Numbered from the stretch's first letter, positions 11,661 through 23,526 are shown. The stretch: DNA of 38,873 nt from Phoronis australis (GCA_002633005.1 NMRA01000173.1:495172-534044), one strand, 5' to 3'. Notes: generated from the sequence alone by a model not told the origin. A program made the numbers and translations.

Positions 11661-11691
11661 AGATATTTGGTTAAATAGATACACTTGTCGA

Positions 11692-12514
11692 TATTCTCGA
11701 GTTCTCAATAGTTGTAGAGAGCAATAATAGTATTGACCAGAAATTTTCACGATTTGTTATAACAGTAGAGACTGGAATAATAGTATAGACACGACATTTT
11801 TGCCACTAGAAGAGTAGAATGATAGTATAGACCGGAAATTTGCGAAAAAAATTAATAATAGTATAGAATGGAATCAATGGTATATACGGTATGGCAAATT
11901 TGTGGTACTTTAAAAATAGTATAGACTGGAATAATAATAATATTGATAACACATTTGCGTAAAATGTAAAAAGTTTGCGACGGAAGCAAACTGGCGTGGC
12001 TCGTGCATGACTCAGCTGACAAGTCTTATAACGCACAACTTTTCATTGGACAACGAGGTATACATATGATGCATTTGTTGCTACTAATGAGAATACATAC
12101 TTGGGAGTTCGATTAGTTAAGCTTTGAAATGTACAGTTGTATACTTAACGAATAAAATCTTTTTCATGTGCATGTTATTACAAGTGATTTCTGTGTGGAC
12201 CGTGGAATCGTATATAATCTTTACAAATTGTTAATTTGTTAGAAGTGTCTCGAGGTCTAGTGGTTAGCACTGTGAGTTCTCACTTAGGCAACCAGAGTGA
12301 ACCCGGGCAAAAAAATTTTGAGTAACAAAATTGCATTCAAGAACTGAGTAAGAAACAGCCAACTCCGAATTTCATCTTGACCAAATAACTGTGGAGGAGT
12401 GGTAAAACCATCTATAATTAATAAATGTCGAGACCCAAATAAGCTTCCTATAGACCGGAAAAGGAGTCTGAAATAAATAATTGTATATATATGGCTATTT
12501 GGAACTCGAGAGTA
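11692..12514. mobile_element. MITE-like element with TA-ended imperfect TIRs and subterminal repeats (Tc1/mariner/pogo-like)
   Basis: Left end TATTCTCGAGTTCTCAATAG versus reverse complement of right end TACTCTCGAGTTCCAAATAG. Repeated AATAGTATAGAC(T/C)GGAA motifs at 11765-11935. Confidence 0.6.
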
Positions 12515-13324
12515 AGGTCCTACACAATGATACACAATCATGATTTTACATGATTTTACCTTCAGCTTTAGAGGCGTTTTTTGTGCTTAATATTCTGGTA
12601 ACAATTTTCTCCTTTAATTAGTGCTACTAATGACAACATCCAATCTCCATAAACCTACTTTGCTGCAAAGACACATTGCAGAATATTATGGCAATAAACA
12701 CAGTACACCACAGCTGGAGAGACACACCACTTGAAAAATACATATTTAGATCAGCAACTTGTACCTGTAACAGTCAAAAATATCAAAATTACATCATTCA
12801 AATATACACGAAATCAGACAAAAAATACTAAATAAGCTCAACAAAATTACAATAAAAACACAACTAAGGAGCTTCTTGTAAATCACTGACAAGCTGCTCT
12901 TATATGAATTACTAGTACATTGTTAAAACCATGTTTCCAAACAAAATAGTGTTGATTGCGGCAAGACTCAAAATTCCTCTTACAGTTAATGAAATGTACT
13001 AAACTGATCACATTAAATAAACATGTTGTATGCATAAAAAATGTCCCGGTATTTATTGTTCAAACATTTATACACATAGTCTGCAGTGTTACAACTTGGT
13101 TGAGCTTAAGAACTTTTTATTTATTATTTTTATTCATTGGAATGTAATTTTTGGAAATCAATAGGAGAATTCCATGTGACTTCTAAATATTTTTTCCAGG
13201 AAAACTTTTGCACCTTGGCAGTTGGACTACGTCAGTTGCCCAGCATCTGGCTTGTGGCCTGGCTCAGTCCCATCACCTGAGCCGCTGGCGCGAGCCTACT
13301 AATACTTGTTATAGTTTTTGTAAT

Positions 13325-13483
13325 CAGTGGTGGATTTAGAGGGGGGCCAAGGGGGCCATGGCCCCCCTAAAATTCTCCCAGTTTACATTTGTCAGATGGG
13401 GGGTGCGAATGTCTGAAGGGGAAAAATCCTGGCTGATACTCTGCCATGCCCCCCCCCAAATCAAAATCCTTGATCCGCCCCTG
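13325..13483. mobile_element. Short G/C-run MITE (CAGTGGTGGAT...ATCCGCCCCTG)
   Basis: Imperfect TIRs; 5-bp flanks GTAAT / GTTAT. Confidence 0.65.
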
Positions 13484-14284
13484 GTTATAGTGTCATACGA
13501 GCGGCTAAATGAGACGCCTGTGGAACCTAAAATAAGTTATTTGGTGGTGGGCTGCGACCGCACTCGTGCCCATTAGACCAACTGAGGCCACTCCACTACT
13601 CAGACAGTCACAAGTGAAATGCGTGATAACGGAGTCTCAGAGTCAGAGGCTGAGAGTGAGAGGCCAGAGGTGCATGCGCCAGGTAACATAAGTAAGGCGT
13701 ATTGTGAAGTAAGGCAGTCAGCGTTTTGAACTTACCAAACTTGATGAGCCTAAAGAGTGATTGGGGAACGTACCACCCAATGTGCGATTCACAGCAAGAA
13801 TCTTTCAGGGAGAAAAGTGTCGGAGCATAGCCGAGAAGCTCGTGGTTTTCAAGACTTCAGTGTGCAGTGGCACCCTCTCACGGAAAATGCCTAGAGCTGT
13901 TGTGCACGAACTTGATATCTTGCTTAATCTCAAGATCTAGTATGCGTGCTTTGGAATTCAATAATCAATATTTGGGCAATCAGGTGAATTTTTCAGTGTA
14001 AAGAATTTTTATAATTTTTGGTCGCTTGGTCCCAACATTTTCTCCTTTAGCGTAACTCGTGACTTGTGTCAAAGAATTGGAGGAATATGCGAATGGCTAA
14101 TCAATTATTGTTTGGTGAATAAGATCGCCAATATTTGAAAAAAAAAGTTCAGTGGCTAAAATTTAGTTCATCTTATTAGCATGTAATTTGATTTAGTGCA
14201 GTGCAATTTTTTACTAACGTGAATATGATTATTTGAGTGAACTTGTCAAGTTTCATAGTAAATAAAACAACAAGAATGGATCAA

Positions 14285-14322
14285 CTGAAATTTTCGGATA
14301 TAATAACGTCCTTTGTCAACAG
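14285..14322 (-). ncRNA. Minimal hammerhead-like motif (U3-A8 variant) in the Penelope 3' pLTR region
   Basis: Minus strand reads CTG-TTGACAA-A-GGACGT(TATT)ATATCC-GAA-AATT-T-CAG, about 100 nt after the GIY-YIG stop, on the element's sense strand. Confidence 0.62.
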
Positions 14323-14424
14323 AAACAGAAATAAAGTAAAATCAAACACTTTATAACAATTGACATTTAAGATATGGCGTAATGAATATGATACATTGTT
14401 GCGGAGATAATTAAATGATATAAT

Positions 14425-14811
14425 TTAAGAAAGTTTTATGTTTAATCCATGAGGTTCTAGTGTATTGAGCTTGTCTATCCAAAATTGTTCTCTTTTGAGT
14501 CTATGAGGGGTACTGGGGTGTTGAAGTTTTTCTATTATTTGTACAGAAAGATCTTGAAGATTATGGTTTTTGGAATTGAAATGATTACCTATAGTATCAG
14601 AAATGTTTTTATGTATTATGTTAAATCTATGATTTCGAAACCGAGTTTGTAGATTATGTTTAGTTTGTCCTACGTATTGGATAGAACAATTTTTACATGT
14701 TATAAGGTAAATAATATTGTTGGTGGTGCAATCAGAATAATGTTTTATTTCAAAGTTTTCGTTGGTTTGGGAAGACTGGAAAAAAGTGCTATCGCTGATA
14801 AAGTTACACAT
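14425..14811 (-). pseudogene. Penelope GIY-YIG endonuclease domain
   Basis: NIIYLITCKNCSIQYVGQTKHNLQTRFRNH...IGNHF...REQFWIDKLNTLEPHGLN. Confidence 0.93.
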
Positions 14812-15095
14812 TTTACTCCTAGTTTTGTTACATTGTTTACATTGTGTGTTGCCAACAGGTTTGTCAGTTTGGTGTATATTGTCGATATTAGCTTTAACTA
14901 AATATTTTTTTTTTGATTTTTACATTTTCTCCAAGAAATTATAGGTGGATGAGGAAATAGGTTTTTCATTTGAGGGGAAATATGCAGCGTGGAAAGATGT
15001 TTTCTGAAGACGTGGCTTATTCCGTTTAAACATGGATTGAACATAGTTTTGAATGGTACTCTATTAGTAGTATTCTTTGCCTTTTGTTTTAGTTC

Positions 15096-15720
15096 TTAAA
15101 GATTCGTTTCTTGTGGTTGAACGGACTTTGTCAAACTGTTTGTGTATAACTGTAAGGGGAAATGACGTTGAACTAGATAGTGCTTGAGTTCTTTTAAACG
15201 ATTATTAAAGGACGTTTCTTCTGAACAAATGCGTCGAATTCTTAGGGCAAGGCTATATGGAAGGTTTTTCTTGCAATGAAAGGGATGACACGAGTGATAT
15301 GACAGATATTGGTGTTTGTCAGTATCTTTACAGAATAAGTCAGCTTCTAGTTTATCATTATTAAGGATGACAGTTACATCTAAAAATGAGACTTTATTTT
15401 GAGAAATGTCATGAGTGAACTTTATAGTAGGGTGAAATTTGTTAATATTTTCTAAAAATAAATGTAATTTTTGTGGGCCATGGGTCCAGATCATAAAAAT
15501 GTTATCAATGTACCTTAGCCAGAGAAGAGGTTTTTCAAAGCAGGATTTGATGAAGTTGTTTTCAAGATTTCCCACAAAAGGTTGGCAAAAGTAGGAGCAA
15601 CCCTAGTGCCCATGTTCAAGAAGACAGCGAATAAAAGATGTAGGTACATTAGGATTATTACGTTGACTAAGAAACTTGGTAGAGGCTTCTATGCCTTCAT
15701 GTTGAGGAATATTAGTGTAT
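15096..15720 (-). pseudogene. Penelope reverse transcriptase C-terminal part, inactivated
   Basis: Catalytic YxDD reads YIDN. There is a frameshift near 15576, and the segment between IRCLLEH and MGT is missing. Confidence 0.9.
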
Positions 15721-15986
15721 ATATTAGCTAGGATTTGGCCCGTCAGGCATTCGGGAAGCCGAACTGCCTAATGGAATCTGGCGGAGAATTCAGTTAGGGC
15801 GGGGCGGGGCATGGCCCCCTCTACATCTGACACTGAAAAGTTTTTGTTCTATGACGGTATCCTTATAGAGTGTGCGCGCGATTTCGCAATTACTAGTAAA
15901 TGACAGTACATAACTGCGAAGTTTGGGTCGGTATCTTTACCTCCGGGTGGCGCGCGATCCAAGTATCAGCTAGAAAGAGATAACCA

Positions 15987-16140
15987 CATGGGCGGCGAAG
16001 ACTCAAGTGTGTGTGGGGGGGGGCTAAAGCCCCTCAGCCCCCTTGTGGTGCACCGCCTATAGACCATGTGCGGCGTAGCACTCAAAAAAGTGGGGGGGGC
16101 TATAGCTCCCACCCAACGCCCTATGGTGCGCCGCCCAGTG
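15987..16140. mobile_element. Two tandem related short G/C-run MITE-like units
   Basis: CATGGGCGGCG...GGGGGGGGCTA...GCACCGCCTAT followed by CATGTGCGGCG...GGGGGGGGCTA...GCGCCGCCCAGTG. Confidence 0.45.
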
Positions 16141-17629
16141 CCGGCCGGCGGGCGGGTGCAGTGACGTGCGGTTTCGCAATTAACATAACTGCAAAGTTTG
16201 GGTTGCCGTATTTATACCGGTAAGTTATTATTCTGAGAAACTTAACTGCAGAATTAGGTCTTCCTCTAGTATAGAAAAATAACAAAATTTGCAAATTTGT
16301 ATATTGTCCGGTAACCCAAAAAGTTAGACCAGTACAGTGCTCCTCTCGTTCAGATAAGCTTGGATTCAGCGCGTGACTGCTGTTTCAGATTCAGGACTTA
16401 CATGTAAACTAGAGGTCAGTGCTCGCCACTAAAATAGGCCTAAAATGACCCGCCGTGATATCCAAAGTTATAGACCGTTTACGCCGTACGAAGGCGTTCT
16501 TTCGGTCACTGGGTTCCATGTGCCCGAGTTGGTCAATCTAAATGACTTTTTGGCATACAGGCAATGCCGGGGGTTACAGATAGCGGCGCTTAATGGCAAT
16601 CCTTTCGACCATTCTCCAAAACGCAAATACTATAGAATCGCAAGTTGTTTTCGGCTAAATTTTGATAGGTTATAGGCTAAAACAAATGCTGATTTTTTTT
16701 GTTCGAACTTGCAGCATACCATATACGAAAGTTACAAGTTTCGCCCAGCAATCAAATTTTCGTTGTGTCGGAAATTCGATCAGTTCACCCGGTTGGTATT
16801 CATGTTTATTTTCGGCTTTCAAAGATTGTTTTGTGCTAAAACTGACCTTTTGTCAGAGACTACAGTGTCACACTATCCAGAGTACGTTCTGCGTTGCTAG
16901 TCAAACCCTGTTAGTCAAAGACTTAGTGGGACGGACGTATTCATCAGGACTCGTATGTGACATTATTTTCAATTTAGGCTGTCTGCTGTCAACAGCTATG
17001 GTCCGATTAGCGCCGTACTGAACGCAACGAATTCAGAGGATTTGAAAAGCGGAGAGTTGGTGCATCCCCTATACCATAACAACAAACTCCCGTTTAGTCC
17101 GTATTCCAGACGATACCAGTTTTCAGAGGCCTAGAGATGCCAATCTTTCTTTTGTTAATCGCCAGTGTCGTCCCGCGATGTCACGACGCAAACGCCTATA
17201 ATCTACCATTAATGTACTAAGAAACTAAGTATCGAACTTCCGTGATGTGAAGGGCGGCCACACCGGCTTTCCCGGTTGACATACACAAGCATTGTCCAAC
17301 CACAAGGCCCGGTTTCCTAATGCGAACATGTATATTAGGCACTGATAGAATGAGCCCGAGCCTATGCGCTTTTAAAACCCGACACAACATGCTTATTTAT
17401 TAAGCGGTTATAAACTCTGTCCAATAAGGTAACTTTTGATTCACATCACTTGCCACCTTAATTAGAATTGAGAATGTATTTCTAGGTATGCAAAGAATCA
17501 ACTGTTTTGTTAATCTTAGAAACAGCGCATAAAATAACACACCGCTATATACTAGAGGTCCCCCGATTAGCGCCCGATTTCAATTAACAACCAATTTCCA
17601 GTACTTTTGAAGCCCAGAAATCATTCCGA

Positions 17630-18050
17630 TTTGACTAACACTTGACTTGACTAACACTTTGAGATCAGTTTGACTAACACTTTGAGATCAATTTGACTAA
17701 CACCTTGAGATCAATTTGACTAACACTTTCACAAACACTTTGAGATCAGTTTGACTAACACTTTGAGATCAATTTGACTAACGTTGACTAACACTTCGAC
17801 TAACACTCTGAGATCAGTTTTACGAACACTTTGAGATCAATTTGACTAACACTTTGAGAACAATTTGACTAACACTTTGAAAACAGTTTGACTAACACTT
17901 TGAGATCAATTTGACTAACGCTTTGAGATCAATTTGACTAACACTTTGAGATGAATTTGACTAACACTTTGGAATCAATTTGACTAACATTTTGAGATGA
18001 ATTTGACTAACACTTTGATATCAATTTGACTAACACTTTGAGATCAATTT
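17630..18050. repeat. 23-bp minisatellite, roughly 18-20 partly degenerate copies
   Basis: Unit TTTGACTAACACTTTGAGATCAA. Confidence 0.95.
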
Positions 18051-18880
18051 CATAAGGTTAAGTTGTCCAAACTAAAAATTGATTTTTATGATGAAAGCAA
18101 GTTTATATTCGCTTAAAAACGACATTAAACTCGTACTTTCTATAAAACATCTTGATTTAAAGCAAGCTTGCTTTACACTTACAGTGTTCAAATCCTTTAG
18201 CATCGTTGTACGATTTCTATTGGTCACATATTTTATTGTCTTATTTTTTGAAACAAATAGCAAATTTGGCAACTCCTATGTACATCAATGATCCCGTCCT
18301 TAAAGTTAAAAAACTAGAAAAATTGAAATGGAAGAGAATTCAACAGATTGCTATCAAAGTGATCCATGAACACTGCAGAAGAAAACGTTACCCATTGCAA
18401 GATATGCACGATTTATTTTATTTAAAATAACACTCAATTTCATAGCGAAATTCTCATAAATGTTATTAATACACAACACAAAAACATTACAATAACAACA
18501 ACAGGGCTGTATGTCCCAGACTAAAGACATTAAGCTGATACTTAAGTGAAAAATCTTTGCTTATGTAATGGAGAGTCAAATTCTATCTCATAATTTGTGA
18601 ATTCCATTCCATAATTCAACATTACAACCTTAATGACCAATCACTTCAAAGGCTGCCATATTGCTGGGTTACATTAGTAAGGTTTAGCCCACATTAGCAA
18701 ATCACTCCCCTTTCACTCATGTCACTTTGCAGGGTCTTATGTAATCTTGTTTTTGCAAGAAACTTGGTCTACCAATGATACCGTGATTTGAAACATTGAT
18801 CATAGTCTGTATTTGGAAACGAAATGCAGAGAACTTAGAAGTTTTCTACAAAGTGCTTAGAAACAATGTATGATAGAAAA

Positions 18881-19774
18881 CAGTGGCGGATCTAGGATAT
18901 CACAAGGGGGGCCCAACATTTTGTCTGTAAGTATTTGCTCCAAGCACGATTGTAGATGTGCATAGCACCGAATGGGGGAGGTTGGGAAGAAAGTGTCAAC
19001 CAGGAAAAACTGCATGTACCATGGACTCGAACTCACGACCTTGCGAATAGAACACGCGTGCTTTATCACTACACCACCACGATTTAACTCCCAATGTGAT
19101 ACTAAGAGACCTACTTATTTATGGTCCACAGCGTTTGCACGCGCAAACTCCTTCTTTTTTAATGCCTATTACATGTTTTATATTTTGTGCAATCAGTTCG
19201 TAACAAATTTGTTGTATTTAAAATAGTCTTCAATTGCCCCAAAGACCAAATCCGTTTTTTGTGTTGGCAATAATGACGGGATTGCTTTGGAAATCGTCTT
19301 AAGTTAAGGTTTGACAAAGAGAGAATTATGAGTTTCTGGGTGATTCACTCAAGCTTCGGTTAAAATTGACATCTTACCAACAGCTTCTGTTTTTTCACCA
19401 TCACTCAGATTCCAGTTTCTTTAAAAATGAACTAATTTTCTTCATTGCACAGTGGAGCAGACGACTGAAACGGAGTCATAAAGCCCAGCGCCACTGCTGG
19501 TCGCCTAAGATATCGTGGGAGAGCCTAATACTTAGCCATTGTTTCGTTACGATTGCGCCGTGTTCCGAATTTGACACTTGAAAATGGATCTGAGCCCCCC
19601 CCCAAACATTGAAACTGCACACATTTAAATCTTGTTTCAGTCGTATAATTTTAATTACCGGGGTTAATTAATAAATTTAACATTTCCCTACGCTCTTGTT
19701 GTTTTATTTTTTTGCGGCAGCCAAGGGGGAAGGGGGGGGGCGGCCCCCCTGGGCCCCCCCTAAACCCGCCTATG
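18881..19774. mobile_element. Non-autonomous DNA element with 5-bp TSD GAAAA (hAT5-like), related to 32011-32336
   Basis: GAAAA|CAGTGGCGGATCTAGGATA...TAAACCCGCCTATG|GAAAA. Both ends and an internal TCTGAGCCCC block are shared with the 32011 copy. Confidence 0.75.
19019..19081 (-). other. tRNA-derived (SINE-head-like) sequence with Pol III A/B boxes; not an intact tRNA
   Basis: Minus strand GTGGTGGTGTAGTGATAAAGCACGCG...GGTCGTGAGTTCGAGTCCATGG. B box GTTCGAGTC; A-box-like TGGTGTAGTGA. Confidence 0.55.
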
Positions 19775-20671
19775 GAAAATACAATACATCATCATTGTTT
19801 TTACAGCATACATTGCATTTCATTTACGGCCTGAACTGTATTTACAACCTGCATTGTATTTATGGTAAATTTCCAATATAACATGCATAAGCATAATTGA
19901 AACTCAATCTGGAGATGGTGATCATTTTACATTTGCACACAGGAAATTAACAGGCAGTTACTATTGGCCAATGGGTTCAGAATACCATTTTTGGCTGATT
20001 GGACCCACAACTGCCACACTTCACTTGAGAGTATACTTGAAATGTGACAAAACACTGCATGAAATTAGAGTTCACTCAAAGCATCATTTGATTGGTCAAT
20101 AATTCTAGAGACCAGTCTTGAGCAGTTTTGTGTTCAAGTGCCCTGTACTTGTGCCTGGTATACAACACTCAAAGACACATACTGTACCACCTTTAACAAT
20201 CTCTTTCTATAAGTAGCGCTGAAAAAAATGTTAAAACCTGGCTACTTCTTAACATTGTACTTCAGAAATGGCCAACAAGATTTAAATGAAAACCTTTAGA
20301 TACATTAGATATTAAAACTGTACATGATTACATTGGCAACACTTTACTGACTTCACCAAGACATCTGATGATTTCTGGCTTACAGACCAAAATGTTTTGG
20401 CTGGTTGACCCAGAGAAGTCAAGTACTAGAGTGAGTAACCTTAGCAAACTTCAAATTGCCTACCTATGGGGTGAAGCACTAGTCATCTGAAAACTGACAT
20501 ACGTAACGCTGATTGATGTTGCACTCGAGACGGAGAAAAGTAAAATTACCAGCAGAGGAAATAAAAAAGTTGGATCCATCTGATTATCAGTGTCAGGCAT
20601 GCTGTCCATAGGTGGCCCCTAAACAGAACATCTAGTTGTGCTGTAGTGCATTGAATTGAGTGGAAATCCAA

Positions 20672-20842
20672 ACAAGTCTCCACATCTACATCCATCAGTT
20701 CACGTTCTGCATCAAGTCTCCACGTCTACATCCAGCAGTTCACGTTCTGCATCAAGTCTCCACGTCTACATCCAGGAGTTCACGTTCTGCATCAAGTCTC
20801 CACGTCTACATCCAGCAGTTCACGTTCTGCATCAAGTCTCCA
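20672..20842. repeat. 40-bp minisatellite, about 4 copies
   Basis: Unit CAAGTCTCCACGTCTACATCCAGCAGTTCACGTTCTGCAT. Confidence 0.95.
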
Positions 20843-21046
20843 TTAAGGTCATGTAAGACCGTATTGACAACTGTGCATGGTATAGGGTTTAACTCACAAA
20901 AGTATGCACATTCTTGAAGTAGAAAGTCTGCAGAATTTGAATTTTTGACTTTTTACCAATCTGTCACTAAGTCACCTGACCATGTTTTTTTAGCAAAAAG
21001 GGAGATGCATTGACAGACAAAAACAGAATCAATCACGTGATCAAAT

Positions 21047-21052
21047 TTTATT
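21047..21052 (-). promoter_or_regulatory. Candidate SS18 polyadenylation signal
   Basis: AATAAA on the minus strand about 380 nt after the SS18 stop. Confidence 0.4.
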
Positions 21053-21430
21053 TGATATAAATGTTTAACAAGAAATCTCGAGAAAATGCCGTTAAAACTT
21101 TCTAAAATATCATTTTGTTTTCATTAATACAACTTTAGTTTTTCAACGAAAGTCATAAAAGTTATATTCTTTAACGGCCTCTCATGAAAAAAGTGGAACA
21201 ACTTAAAACAATTACTGACAACGTTCTGAGAACAGTGTATCAAGCATAGTGTCTGAAAGTTTTCTGACCAACCATTTCTGAGATATCATCTTTTGAAGCC
21301 AAATTAAGACCTTAAATGCCAAATTCTCACAGGTGAACTTGATAACAGATCCATTAAAAGAAGCCTGACTTAATCCGATGAATGTATCAACGGTCACATG
21401 ACTGTTGGTCACATGACTGTTGGCCACATG

Positions 21431-21702
21431 CTAGAACTGGCCTTGGTTGTAGTTGAAGCCTGGTTGTCCCATCTGAGCCGGTTGGCCAGGCATTTGAGCC
21501 TGGGTTACCCTGCCATGGCCTCCCATTTGTCCCTGAGCCATCTGGCCCATTGGAGCTCCCATGGCTGGATTCTGACGGAAGTACCTTTGTTGCTGCTGCT
21601 GTGATTGGTTGAAGTTGCCATACTGCTGTTGCGGCATGTTGGGCTGTTGTTGGTTGAACTGTGCACCTTGTTGTGGGAAGCCTGACTGTTGGTTGAAGGG
21701 AG

Positions 21703-21733
<31 letters not shown>

Positions 21734-21792
21734 TTGTTGATACTGCTGGGCTTGTTGTTGCTGCTGAGGATACTGACCTGGAAACTGCTGAC
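21431..21792 (-). CDS. SS18: SS18-family gene, exon 9 (terminal, Q/P/G/F/Y-rich with poly-Q)
   Basis: Acceptor ttatttccag|GT (phase 1). GQQFPGQYPQQQQQAQQYQQQ...PGFNYNQGQF*; stop TAG. Confidence 0.88.
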
Positions 21793-22750
21793 CTGGAAAT
21801 AAGTAAGTGTAGCGTCAGAGAACAACTAACACCACTAAATTATTCATCAGCTACTCTTCAACAAGGCACATTTATACACTAAGTAGGTGAAATTCATCAA
21901 CAGCAGCAACAAATAAAAACAACGGTCAGAAGGTTACCTAATACACAAGCTAATGGCAAGTCACAAACGCTGAGATATCTTGAATAATGTATTGAACAGT
22001 GTGGCTGTGTTATATATTAGTTATAACCACAGTTCAACACAATGTGTAGTTGTCACATCCAGTGGCAACACTTTGCACATGTTTGTCTAGTAAAAATGAC
22101 AAAATATGAAGCACTAGTGTAATCTCCAGTTAATAAACTATTGTGTGGTGCATGAACGAGAAATTATGAACACTCTTGTACTAACATAGGTCATCAGACA
22201 TTTGATGACAACATACAAAATTCCACTTCATGACCAGAGCTATTTGTTCATTATAGGAAATAATCAGAGTTTCAAACGCTGTAGCACTATACAGTTAATA
22301 CTATAGCTGCAAGCAATTTGTATTACTATTACTTAGAAATAAACTGTAAGTTGCTTCAGTGAATCAAGATTGCTAGTGCTCATGACCATGTGAATCAGAC
22401 AAGACCACTAGTTCCACTGTAGACTTCATTTCCTTCAAAATGGCAGCCTCCTGCGGCAGTGTTACACTGCAGTGCAACGACTAAAAATTTGCTACAATAT
22501 GCTGGATAGCAAAGGATCTGGTTGGATGGCATCTCTTTTGGGCCACATTGGTGGAATCTGTTGAAAATTTACATTCAGAATCTAGCGTTATCTCATGCCA
22601 CATGGAGTATTGGAAGAGAAGTGGTGGTTTTGGGGTGAAAGGGTCAATTTTGCATTTTTTGACACTTTTTAGCCTGGCTTCCTTTCAGGTGGAAGTGAAA
22701 TGGCCACAAATATGAGTTAGAGTAGTTTCTTTGGTCATTTGCAATGGTAC

Positions 22751-22898
22751 CTCCCATTGGTGGCTTTCTATAGCTACCACCCTGCTGTATCATGTGGCCA
22801 CCCATCATTGGATTTGATTGGCTTGTGTTCTGTGACATCATCATCTGATCTCTTGAAGCCATTGGCTGGTTCATGGGTTGGGCTTGAGATGACATCAT
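22751..22898 (-). CDS. SS18: SS18-family gene, exon 8
   Basis: Acceptor gtatcaacag|ATG (phase 0), donor GGA G|gtacca (phase 1). MMSSQAQPMNQPM...YRKPPMG; phases fit both neighbouring exons. Confidence 0.72.
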
Positions 22899-22986
22899 CT
22901 GTTGATACAAAACCAGGCATTAGAGAATCTTTAATGACAAATAGACTTGAATCACATAACATAACTTCACCACTGACATTACATAA

Positions 22987-23133
22987 ACAACTGACCACCA
23001 TGGCCAGCAACTGACCACCGTGGCCAGCAACTGACCACCGTGGCCAGCAACTGACCACCGTGGCCAGCAACTGACCACCGTGACCAGCAACTGACCACCG
23101 TGACCAGCAACTGACCACCGTGGCCAGCAACTG
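22987..23133. repeat. 20-bp minisatellite, about 7 copies
   Basis: Unit CAACTGACCACCGTGGCCAG. Confidence 0.95.
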
Positions 23134-23194
23134 CATGAGTCAGTTATCTTCAAGCATAAACATCATTTTCAAAGCAAGAAAAAGGTGAAACCAA

Positions 23195-23328
23195 TTTCAC
23201 TACTGTAAGGGGCCTAATTCACTACTGTAAGGGGCCTAATTCACTACTGTAAGGGGTCTAATTCACTACTGTAAGGGGCCTAGTTCACTACTGTAAGGGG
23301 CCTAATTCACTACTGTAAAGGGCCTAAA
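23195..23328. repeat. 22-bp minisatellite, 6 copies
   Basis: Unit AATTCACTACTGTAAGGGGCCT. Confidence 0.95.
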
Positions 23329-23526
23329 TCAAAAGTTCTTTTGCAACAACAGGCACAGATTTATTTCACCATTAGTTGTTGTAAGCCTATAACTCCACAA
23401 ACCTGAATAGAGTGATATAATCTGAAGATCACTTCCAGTGTTTTCTCACAGAACTTAAAAAGGTGAATAAAAGATCTATGTGTCAGCTTAAATACTCGGA
23501 CAAAAGTGAGGCGACAAGCTTATTAC

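Larger units (their letters stand above)
14200..15722 (-). mobile_element. 5'-truncated, decayed Penelope-like retroelement
   Basis: RT remnants YTNIPQHEGIEA, MGTRVAPTFANL, WLRYIDNIFMIW, FHPTIKFT, VSFLDVTV, SCHPFHCKKNLPYSLALRIRRICS, followed by a GIY-YIG endonuclease. Has frameshifts and an internal deletion. The 3' boundary is approximate. Confidence 0.93.

Noticed and set aside
19019-19081. Functional tRNA gene
   Set aside because: No convincing acceptor or anticodon stems; kept only as tRNA-derived sequence.
21505-21825. Ser/Asn-rich 106-aa ORF
   Set aside because: Alternate reading frame of the CAG/CAA-rich SS18 last exon.
22480-22560. Possible alternative terminal SS18 exon after a ttttcaacag acceptor
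   Set aside because: Short frames with composition unlike the rest of the protein; no other support.
22774-23153. ORFs with repeating WPRWSVAGHGGQLL
   Set aside because: Translations of the 20-bp minisatellite.
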